The translations under genes were made by a program, and so were the position numbers. 64,000 bases of DNA. Origin: an uncultured Candidatus Saccharibacteria bacterium. Lineage in GTDB: Bacteria > Patescibacteriota > Minisyncoccia > Ryanbacterales > 2-02-FULL-48-12. Numbering within the stretch: position 1 is the stretch's first letter; every line of letters begins with the position of its first letter. Shown here piece after piece: positions 30,521-38,457 of this stretch. The DNA lies in NCBI GenBank assembly GCA_964479945.1, contig CAYZNS010000004.1:13715-77714 (forward strand), given 5' to 3'. The notes below the pieces were generated by a model. It saw nothing but the letters and a program-made list of their open reading frames with translations, was not told where the DNA came from and ran no database searches.

Positions 30521-30824
30521 ATATCCATAAAAAGAGGATGTACTTCCTAACCGCTTTTCTTTTGTGGAAAGAATGATGGAGGAGAGAGGGCAAATAGGAT
30601 CGGCACTAAATATACATAAGAGGCCGTTACTCCTTACAATCGCCTTCATCGTTCTCTCTATGAAATGAGAGGAGAGATTGGAATAGTTCTTTGTTGAAAT
30701 AACATAAGCGTTCAAACGTGGAACGTAAAGCGTAAAGCGTTAAAACGAATAGCCGGAGAAGTTCTTTGAATTAAATAGTGCTGTTGCTCATATAGATTTC
30801 TGGCCGCTTTTGAGGAGATAGAAA

Positions 30825-31256
30825 ATGTCTTTTCAAACGCGGCTGGAAACTATATTAACCAGCCCGTCAGCTTACCGAGCTACAGAAGCTGAAACGCCAG
30901 AGGAGGCACCAATGGCACGAATAGATTGCACGAAGACAAATTGCGAAACTTTTCGGCAGTTGATTGAAAAACTCAATACCGAAGGGTTCGATATAGATCA
31001 CTTTCATGCGGTTGACCTTATTGAGGTCGATGCTGACTATAGTGGAGGAGAAAAGGTGGTCTATGTCCTCGAGGGCGATATCTTGAAAAAAGGGATAGAG
31101 ATGGTCGTTCATCTCAATTTCGTCTTCGATAAAAACGGCGTCGTAGAAGATGCCGCATGGTCTTCGGGAAATGAGTTGGACGAGAGGATTCACCCTCTCG
31201 ATCAAGATCCGAGAGGCTGGTTCAAGCTTGTTGCCGACGAGTGGCACGAACGATAG
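30825..31256 (+). CDS. Acidic hypothetical protein
   Basis: SD GAGGAG; 143-aa ORF. Confidence 0.65.
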   Translation: MSFQTRLETILTSPSAYRATEAETPEEAPMARIDCTKTNCETFRQLIEKLNTEGFDIDHFHAVDLIEVDADYSGGEKVVYVLEGDILKKGIEMVVHLNFVFDKNGVVEDAAWSSGNELDERIHPLDQDPRGWFKLVADEWHER

Positions 31257-31266
31257 GAGGGGTGTC

Positions 31267-31623
31267 ATGAAAGAGTTAGATAAGTTTTTTTCGGGTCTCC
31301 AGTCTTGGTACCGGACCCCCATTCGCACCATCTGCCCGTCGTCCCCCTGCCTGTATAAGGGTTGTATTCTCGAGGTTTTGCTCTCAGACCTCGAGATGGA
31401 TTGCCCTGACACAGGGCATCAGGGCTTCCTCTGCTCGGCAGAGGATGGGACGATGGTAGTCTTCGACGAAGCAGGCGGATTGGCTCGGGTCGCCGTTTTC
31501 TGTGGAAATGTGGAAACGGCGAAAAGTCTTTGCCCGGAGGAGCTCCAATGGAGCTTCTACTGGGCAGAAATGAGGGGAGGTGAAATTCACCTCCTGCCGA
31601 GCAAGAACCCCTTCCTGGAGTAA
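31267..31623 (+). CDS. Cys-rich hypothetical protein
   Basis: SD AGGAGG then ATG 31267; 118 aa. Confidence 0.6.
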   Translation: MKELDKFFSGLQSWYRTPIRTICPSSPCLYKGCILEVLLSDLEMDCPDTGHQGFLCSAEDGTMVVFDEAGGLARVAVFCGNVETAKSLCPEELQWSFYWAEMRGGEIHLLPSKNPFLE

Positions 31624-31907
31624 CCCCCGTTACAGAAACTCCTCAAAAAATTAATCCGGCCATGCACTGGCTGGCGGCAAGGAAAAGCACTTTTCCTGCG
31701 GGCATTGGTAGGTTCCGAAGCATTTCGGAAGTCCGTTCTCAACGACATCGAGAGAACAAAAACCTACTCTTCTACAAAGCTTTCAAAATGTTTTGAAGGC
31801 TTTGAGAGGAAAGTTCTTCAAAATTACATTATCTCCACTTGTTGGGATGTGTAAGGCGATAGTAGTCGCTTTATATATCTCAATAAGAAAGGAGGTGATA
31901 CTCTACC

Positions 31908-32123
31908 ATGGGCCGGTGGGTCCGATATTTTATCGGCACCCCCGAGCGGTTCATGAGGACGGTGGTTGTCTTCGGACTGATCATTGTCATCCTGAACCCG
32001 GGCTTGCTCGCGTCAGCTGCGAACCAGCTGATTGCCGAGTTAAGCCCGCTCCTCGGGCCCGCGTTGACGATCTTGATCGTCCTCGCGGGAATCCGGATGA
32101 TCCTTGGGGGTCGCCGGAAGTAA
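31908..32123 (+). CDS. 71-aa two-TM membrane protein
   Basis: Strong SD AAGGAGGTGA; two hydrophobic segments; basic tail GGRRK. Confidence 0.75.
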   Translation: MGRWVRYFIGTPERFMRTVVVFGLIIVILNPGLLASAANQLIAELSPLLGPALTILIVLAGIRMILGGRRK

Positions 32124-32328
32124 CCGTTGGACTCGGGGACGGCCTGTCCACTTCGGGTGGACGGAGGCGCGCGGATATGCGTCTTGGCAACGGAAGAGGG
32201 TTTCTGGAATTGGCCAGAACACTTCAAAAATATCAGAGGGCGACAGAGGTCCCTCCGCACAAAAACCTCTCCACAACCGAGTTTTCAAAAAAAGTTTGAA
32301 GACTCAAAGTGGAAGTTCTTTGAAACAA

Positions 32329-32449
32329 CCCAGCACTAAATTTTTGGTTTAAATAGTGTGTGACTAACCGAGCTCTATCCCGGTGCAACCGCGGATGGAC
32401 AGCTCGGTTTGGCACTATACAAATATCGAACCAAAAATTTAGTGCTGGG
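32329..32449. mobile_element. 121-bp palindromic element carrying the GTGACTA..TTGGCAC core
   Basis: 21-bp perfect TIR CCCAGCACTAAATTTTTGGTT / AACCAAAAATTTAGTGCTGGG; CAA on both flanks. Confidence 0.75.
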
Positions 32450-32456
32450 CAAAAAA

Positions 32457-32552
32457 TCAGTGATTATGTTTGCGCGGTTCATAAAAGAGCGCAATGGCTA
32501 GCATGCCAAGCATGAATAAAAAAATAATTGCTTCAAAAAGTGACACGGGCAT
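32457..32552 (-). CDS. 31-aa single-TM peptide
   Basis: MPVSLFEAIIFLFMLGMLAIALFYEPRKHNH. Confidence 0.5.
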   Translation of the reverse strand: MPVSLFEAIIFLFMLGMLAIALFYEPRKHNH

Positions 32553-32555
32553 AGT

Positions 32556-32648
32556 TTATTCTTTATGACGCATGGCCCATATAAAAATAATGGTTCCCAT
32601 AGCTCCGATGGCAAGATATGCAAGCATGAGTTTTTGGTTTATGTCCAT
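32556..32648 (-). CDS. 30-aa single-TM peptide
   Basis: MDINQKLMLAYLAIGAMGTIIFIWAMRHKE; stop is 3 nt before the next ATG. Confidence 0.5.
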   Translation of the reverse strand: MDINQKLMLAYLAIGAMGTIIFIWAMRHKE

Positions 32649-32769
32649 GGAATGTTTAAAATTTAACCAGCAGCGGAGATTCGGAAAAACCTCTCCCGCG
32701 AGGAGTATGTGCGGGGTCAGCTGGAGGAGTGGGAGAGAAGAAAAAAGAATTTAAACTGAGGAGGAAAAT

Positions 32770-33027
32770 ATGCCGTTTGAGTTTCCCTACTGCCAGACCC
32801 CAGACGGGGATGATTATGTCTGCCATTGCGGGGTGGCGCTGGTGAAAATCGGCGAGGATGACATGGAGTGGGAAGAAGATGATGATACCCCTCGATCGCA
32901 CATCCGATTCTTCGAGTGCACCGCATGCAAAGAATATTGCGCGGACTGCACAGGAGAATGGGTGCAAGAGGGGATATCAGGACTCGTCCCACTTAACCCG
33001 GCAGACGACAACATCCACGCCAGCTAG
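32770..33027 (+). CDS. Small acidic Cys-rich (zinc-finger-like) protein
   Basis: SD GAGGAGG; CHC, CTAC, CADC. Confidence 0.65.
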   Translation: MPFEFPYCQTPDGDDYVCHCGVALVKIGEDDMEWEEDDDTPRSHIRFFECTACKEYCADCTGEWVQEGISGLVPLNPADDNIHAS

Positions 33028-33066
33028 AGGCGGCCTGTCTAGCGCCCTTGCCATGTAAAATAAATC

Positions 33067-33225
33067 ACGCCCCGCAACGGGATGCGTGATGTGCTCCGAC
33101 ATGGCGGAGACGGATCTCTCCACAAAGAGAGGCATCCGTGAGTGGGGACCCTGCCGAAGCAATAAGGCACGGGCGGGACCACAGCGCATGTATGGGAGGG
33201 TTACACACAAAACTCTCCCTACCTT
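33067..33225 (+). ncRNA. Candidate multibranch structured RNA
   Basis: Stems CACGC/GCGTG; ATGTGCT/AGCGCAT enclosing three hairpins; final GGGAGGGTT/AACTCTCCC. Confidence 0.4.
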
Positions 33226-33265
33226 TCTTGAGTACATGTTCTATAATGAAGATGTACTCAAATCA

Positions 33266-33576
33266 GGTTCACCCACACACCTTTTAGGAACATAGCAATG
33301 CATTATTTTTACATCCTTAAAAGTCAGATTGATAAGAAACTATACCGAGGATTTACCGGTAATCTTCGCAGACGATTTGACGAACATCAAAATGGCCGTG
33401 CTCTTTCAACGAAAAATCGTAGACCTTTTAGTTTGGTATATTATGAAGCATATAGATCAAAAACAGATGCGACCCGTCGTGAACAGCAGATGAAATTGAA
33501 TGCGAAGGCTTGGAGTCAGCTTAAGCGGCGTATTGCAACGAGTATAGAAGATACCTAAAAGGTGTGTGGGTAAACC
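33266..33576. mobile_element. Inverted-repeat-bounded GIY-YIG nuclease unit
   Basis: 23-bp IR with 1 mismatch, GGTTCACCCACACACCTTTTAGG / CCTAAAAGGTGTGTGGGTAAACC, tightly enclosing the ORF. Confidence 0.7.
33298..33558 (+). CDS. Standalone GIY-YIG endonuclease
   Basis: HYFYILKS..LYRGFT.NLRRR..EH..G...TK.RRP..LVYYE....A..RE. Confidence 0.92.
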   Translation: MHYFYILKSQIDKKLYRGFTGNLRRRFDEHQNGRALSTKNRRPFSLVYYEAYRSKTDATRREQQMKLNAKAWSQLKRRIATSIEDT

Positions 33577-33712
33577 GCCACAAGGCTGTTGAGTCAGTAC
33601 AACGGAATCGGGTTAAAGCGACGTTGTGAGATTTTTTAAAGATCTCTCTCCTCTAAACAATGTTTCTTGACCCGTATAATTTCTGTTTGCTGGCTCACAG
33701 CCTTGTGGCGGT
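33574..33712 (+). repeat. 139-nt rod-like imperfect hairpin
   Basis: 16-bp perfect ends ACCGCCACAAGGCTGT / ACAGCCTTGTGGCGGT plus further stems with G.T pairs. Confidence 0.75.
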
Positions 33713-33759
33713 ACATAAAAAACCGCCTCGGATAATCGAGGGGGCACGTATCTCCATAC

Positions 33760-34785
33760 CTATATCTTAAACTCAATTACGTCGCCGTCTTGCACGATAT
33801 AGTCTTTTCCTTTCGTTTGCAGCATGCCAAGTTCACGGGCTTTTGCGTATGAGCCTGCTTTCACAAGATTTTCATAACTTACAACTTCCGCACGGATAAA
33901 TTTTTCTTCAAAATCGGAGTGGATAGCGTGGCCCGCTTGCGGAGCGGACGATCCTTTGGGAATTGCCCACGCGCGCGTTTCTTTCTCGCCCGTGGTAAGG
34001 AATGTGATAAGTCCGACTACCTCATACGCTTTCGTAATAAGCTCGCCCAAGCGGGATTCGTTTTGCAACTCTCTGGCGTCATCGCCGAGCTCCACGATCT
34101 CTGCTTCAAGTTTGATATTAAGTTGAATGGTGTGCAATGCTCGGCTTTGCACATTTTGGTTTGCAACATTCAAAATGTATATGAATGGTTTGGCGGTCAG
34201 CAGATGCATTTCACGAAGAACTTCCTCCGCTTGCGTCTCCGGCGGGGTGTATGCGGATGCGAGCTTGCCTTCTTGAAGCAGCTGTTTGATTGCGCGGGCA
34301 GCTTCCATGCGTTTTCTCTCGTTGCCGCCTCCCGTTTTCGCTTCTTTCTCAAGCCGGGCTGCTGTTTTTTCTGCAGTTGCGAGATCAGCCAGCGCAAGTT
34401 CCGTGTGAATGGTATCTATGTCATCTTCCGGGTCAATGCGCCCGGCGACGTGGTGTATATCAGGGTTTTCAAATGCGCGTACTACTTCCACTATTGCATC
34501 AACTTCGCGTATGTGCGAGAGGAATTGATTGCCAAGCCCTTCGCCTTCGTGAGCGCCTTTGACGAGTCCCGCGATGTCCACGAATTCTATTGCCGCGGGA
34601 ATAATTTTTTGCGAATGTGAAAGAACGGCAAGCTTTTGCAATCGTTCGTCCGGTACCGTAACAACGCCCACATTCGGATCAATGGTGGCAAAGGGATAAT
34701 TAGAGGTATCCACTTGTTTTTTTGTGAGTGCCTGGAACAGCGTGGATTTACCTACGTTGGGAAGGCCGACGATACCGATTTTCAT
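33760..34785 (-). CDS. ychF: Ribosome-binding ATPase YchF
   Basis: [35 protein letters not shown]. Confidence 0.97.
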   Translation of the reverse strand: MKIGIVGLPNVGKSTLFQALTKKQVDTSNYPFATIDPNVGVVTVPDERLQKLAVLSHSQKIIPAAIEFVDIAGLVKGAHEGEGLGNQFLSHIREVDAIVEVVRAFENPDIHHVAGRIDPEDDIDTIHTELALADLATAEKTAARLEKEAKTGGGNERKRMEAARAIKQLLQEGKLASAYTPPETQAEEVLREMHLLTAKPFIYILNVANQNVQSRALHTIQLNIKLEAEIVELGDDARELQNESRLGELITKAYEVVGLITFLTTGEKETRAWAIPKGSSAPQAGHAIHSDFEEKFIRAEVVSYENLVKAGSYAKARELGMLQTKGKDYIVQDGDVIEFKI

Positions 34786-34808
34786 AGATTGATGATAGTA
34801 TAAAGCTC

Positions 34809-36203
34809 ATGGAAATCAACCCTTCAATATTCAAAACCTACGATATCCGTGGCACGGTGCCGGATCAATTAACGCCGGAAGCAGCTTACCGCATCGGGCG
34901 GGCATTCGGGCAGTATATTTGGATAACGGTTCTCAATAAGGAACGGGATCCGGTAATTGTTGTGAATGCGGATGCGCGCGCATCCTCACCGGAACTCAAA
35001 GCAGAACTCCTGCGCGGTTTATTGGATGAACAGTGCCATGTTATTGACTGTAGCCTCAGTACAACGCCAATGCATTATTTTGCCATAAACCATCTCAAAG
35101 CGGACGGCGGCGTTATGGTAACCGCGTCTCATAATCCCGCGCAATACAACGGCTTTAAACTTTCGCGGCGTGGCGCGGAACCGATAGGCGAGGGATCCGG
35201 CATGGAGGAGATCCGCAATACCGTGCTCCGGGGCATTTTTCTGGTACCGGCGCGACAGGGATCGGTGCGGGGGGAGGAGAGCGTGATAGAAGCGTACATG
35301 GAATATATCTGCTCGCTTGTTGACATGGCCGCGTTTAAAAAAATGAATGTGGTGTTTGATGTAGGAAATGGCATGGTGGGGCTTGTGCTGCCAAAACTGC
35401 TGGAACGCCTGCCGATTGTCGCCGATGTTTTGTATGGAGATATTGACATGACGTTTCCGAATCATGAAGCAAACCCACTCAAGGACGAGACGCTTATTGC
35501 ATTAAAAAACGCCGTTGCAGAGAAACAAGCCGATTTGGGCGTTGCGTTTGACGGCGACGGCGATCGCGTACGGTTCATAACACCGAAAGGGTTTGCAATA
35601 CCTGGTGATATTATGGCGGCATTGTTCGCGCAGAATATTCTCCAAAATTCCAGAAGTGGTACATCCGGCGATTCTCCTTTGTCAGTTGTGGTTTACACTG
35701 TTAATTCATCGCGTATCGTCAGAGAGGTGATCGAACAAGCCGGAGGAGACGCGATAGAATCGCGGGTGGGGCACGCGCTTATCAAAAAAGTGATGCGCGC
35801 ACGGGATGCGCTTTTCGGCGGGGAAGTGAGTGGACACTTTTACTGGCGGGATTATTATTATGCGGAATCTGCGCTTTTGGCAACGCTTCGTATGCTTGCC
35901 ATCCTTTCCGCGAGCGGGAAGACGCTGGATGAACTTGTGCGGCCATTGCTCCGCTATGCTTCTTCCGGTGAAATAAACATTACGGTTCCCGACAAAGACA
36001 AGGCGCTGGATGCGGTTGCTGCGCACTATCAAGATGCAAAAGAAATAAAATATGTGGACGGCATTTCCGTCGCGTACGAGGATTTTTGGTTCAATGTCCG
36101 CCCCTCAAACACGGAGTCGCTCTTGCGCATAACCATGGAAGCCAAAGAAAAAAGCGTGCTTGATGCACGTTTAGACGAGCTTCTACAGCTTGTGAGGCAG
36201 TAG
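34809..36203 (+). CDS. Phosphomannomutase/phosphoglucomutase
   Basis: FKTYDIRG, TASHNP, FDGDGDR, GEVSGH, RPSNTE. Confidence 0.95.
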   Translation: MEINPSIFKTYDIRGTVPDQLTPEAAYRIGRAFGQYIWITVLNKERDPVIVVNADARASSPELKAELLRGLLDEQCHVIDCSLSTTPMHYFAINHLKADGGVMVTASHNPAQYNGFKLSRRGAEPIGEGSGMEEIRNTVLRGIFLVPARQGSVRGEESVIEAYMEYICSLVDMAAFKKMNVVFDVGNGMVGLVLPKLLERLPIVADVLYGDIDMTFPNHEANPLKDETLIALKNAVAEKQADLGVAFDGDGDRVRFITPKGFAIPGDIMAALFAQNILQNSRSGTSGDSPLSVVVYTVNSSRIVREVIEQAGGDAIESRVGHALIKKVMRARDALFGGEVSGHFYWRDYYYAESALLATLRMLAILSASGKTLDELVRPLLRYASSGEINITVPDKDKALDAVAAHYQDAKEIKYVDGISVAYEDFWFNVRPSNTESLLRITMEAKEKSVLDARLDELLQLVRQ

Positions 36204-37187
36204 TAGTTGTAATGCTTCCTCTTTTGTTTTTACCCAATGAATCCGTTTGTCGCGCTTAAACCATGTTATTTGGCGCTTTGCGTAGCGCCAGGTTTCTATT
36301 TCAATCTTATTACATAGGTACTTGGCGGCCATACGTCCAAGCATACTTGGACGTCCGGTTTCCAAGTAATCAAGCGCAAGGCGGTACTCAAACCCGAGTT
36401 CTCGGATACGCCTCTTTGGAATATGCAAGGCAAGAAGCCGTTTTGTTTCTTTCAAAATTGCCGGTACCAGTTTTTTCGTGCGTTTTTCAATGGCGCGCCG
36501 CAGTTCGGCGGGATCTTTTTTTATGCCAATCATCAAAACGCGATTATCATTATGATATACGATCGTGTTTTGAAATAATACTTTGGAATTAGACGGGACC
36601 GGTTTTCCGGATGCCTTTATAATTTCCAGGGCGCGCATAAGCCGCCGTGGATTTTTTGCATCAATTTGTTTTGCGCGCCGGGGGTCCCGTTTTTTGAGCA
36701 TGGCGAATAATTCTTCTTTAGATTTCTTTGCAAGTTCCTTGCGGAGTTTTATATTTGGCGGCATTTCCGGCAGTACTAAATTGTCAACAACTGCCTGAAT
36801 ATAAAACCCCGTCCCGCCGACGAGTATTGGCACATTGCCGCGCGCGGTTATTTCCGTAATTGCCTTGTCCGCGCATTTTTTATATTCCGCAACTGTGAAT
36901 GTTTTGCGCGGGTGCACAAAGTCTATGCAGTGGTGAGGGATGTTTTTGTATATAAAACAATATGTTAGTTTAGCCGCTATAGCTGCTAAACTAACATTAC
37001 TCCATGTGCCGGGGACTTTGTTGGTGCCTATATCTAAATATTTATATACCTGCCGGGAGTCGGCGGAGATTATCTCGGCGCCGCGGTACCCGCCCAGTTT
37101 ATGTCTTTTTATCTCGCGCGCAAGAAAAATGGCAAGATCAGACTTGCCGGACGCGGTGGGGCCGACTATTGCAATGAGTTTTTGCAT
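36183..37187 (-). CDS. miaA: tRNA dimethylallyltransferase
   Basis: GPTASGKS, SADSRQVY, VGGTGFY, YAKRQITWF. Confidence 0.96.
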   Translation of the reverse strand: MQKLIAIVGPTASGKSDLAIFLAREIKRHKLGGYRGAEIISADSRQVYKYLDIGTNKVPGTWSNVSLAAIAAKLTYCFIYKNIPHHCIDFVHPRKTFTVAEYKKCADKAITEITARGNVPILVGGTGFYIQAVVDNLVLPEMPPNIKLRKELAKKSKEELFAMLKKRDPRRAKQIDAKNPRRLMRALEIIKASGKPVPSNSKVLFQNTIVYHNDNRVLMIGIKKDPAELRRAIEKRTKKLVPAILKETKRLLALHIPKRRIRELGFEYRLALDYLETGRPSMLGRMAAKYLCNKIEIETWRYAKRQITWFKRDKRIHWVKTKEEALQLLLPHKL

Positions 37188-37188
37188 A

Positions 37189-38457
37189 TTATAAGGAAGA
37201 AACCACCGACTTCTGAAGAAACTCCTCCGGCTGCATAGTCTGCGTCTCCGCTTTCCCCCGCTCGCGCACGTTCACTGATCGTGCGCTTTTTTCTTTCTCG
37301 CCTACTACCAAAAGGTAGGGGATTTTTTGCATCTCTGCTTCGCGGATTTTTTTGCCGAGGGATTCATTGCGCGCGTCCAGTTCAACGCGGATATTGTTTT
37401 TTGTAAGTTCCTGCTCAACTTCTTTTGCATAATCCGCAACTTTTTCATTTATGGTGAGAATGCGCGCCTGCACGGGAGCAAGCCAGTAGGGAAGCGCGCC
37501 GCTGAAGTGTTCCAATAAAATGCCGATGAACCGTTCAAAAGAGCCGAAGATGGCGCGGTGAATTACCCACGGCATTTTTTTATTTCCGGCCTCATCTATA
37601 TACGAAAGATCAAATTGTTTCGGTAGCATTACCAAGTCAAGCTGGGCGGTGCCCATTTGCCAGTCGCGGCCCTGGGAATCTTCCATATGGACTTCAATTT
37701 TGGGACCGTAAAAGGCGCCTTCACCTTTATCAATGGTGTATGCCGTTTTTTGTCTTTGTAACGCTTGTTCCAGAGCATGCTCCGCTACATCCCACACTTT
37801 TTTTGCACCCAGCGCTTTTTTCGGCCGCGTGGCCAATACATAGCGGGGTGTGAATCCGAATGATCCGTAGAATTCTTCTATTATTTTCACTACGGTGGCA
37901 ATCTCATCTTCCACCTGATCGGGACGTACAAAAATATGCGCGTCGTCCATGGTAATCTGTCGTACGCGAAAGAGTCCGCCCAATGTGCCAGAGAGTTCAT
38001 TGCGGTTTAAGCGCCCGATTTCCGCAAGGCGCAAGGGAAGGTCTTTATAGCTTCGTACATCGGAGTTGTATAGGTAAGTAGATTCCGGGCAGTTCATCGG
38101 TTTTACCACCAGCGTTTCTTTTTTATCGCGCGGGTTTGTAAACCAGAACATGTTGTCGCGGTAAAAATCCCAGTGGCCGGATTTTTCAAAGACTTCTTTT
38201 TTTACCAGAATGGGCGTGCTGATTTCCTGATACCCGTTCTCGTCGTTTACGCGGCGGGCATAGCGCTCCAGCTCGCGGAAAACAATCATGCCTTTGTGAT
38301 GCCAAAACGGCGCCCCCGGCGCTATCTCATGGAATGAAAACAAATCCAGCGCTTGCCCCAGCGCTCTATGGTCATTCGGCGGGAGTTCTTTTGGTTCTTC
38401 AGCAGCTTTTTTCCTTGGCATGCGCTTTATCATACTATCAAAGCCGTTATGCTTCAA
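37189..38457 (-). CDS. thrS: Threonyl-tRNA synthetase lacking N-terminal editing domains (start uncertain)
   Basis: KPMNCP, GLFRVR, GAFYGPK, IHRA.FGSFERF. Confidence 0.96.
   Translation of the reverse strand: MKHNGFDSMIKRMPRKKAAEEPKELPPNDHRALGQALDLFSFHEIAPGAPFWHHKGMIVFRELERYARRVNDENGYQEISTPILVKKEVFEKSGHWDFYRDNMFWFTNPRDKKETLVVKPMNCPESTYLYNSDVRSYKDLPLRLAEIGRLNRNELSGTLGGLFRVRQITMDDAHIFVRPDQVEDEIATVVKIIEEFYGSFGFTPRYVLATRPKKALGAKKVWDVAEHALEQALQRQKTAYTIDKGEGAFYGPKIEVHMEDSQGRDWQMGTAQLDLVMLPKQFDLSYIDEAGNKKMPWVIHRAIFGSFERFIGILLEHFSGALPYWLAPVQARILTINEKVADYAKEVEQELTKNNIRVELDARNESLGKKIREAEMQKIPYLLVVGEKEKSARSVNVRERGKAETQTMQPEEFLQKSVVSSL

Noticed and set aside
30324-30715. ORFs overlapping palindromic elements (also 45875-46178, 46667-46855)
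   Set aside because: Their shared peptides (ARIVTSRA, PTKIFGGG) are translations of the repeat family, not evidence of genes.
30825-33712. Integron cassette array
   Set aside because: The hairpins lack consistent RYYYAAC/GTTRRRY attC boxes and no integrase is present.
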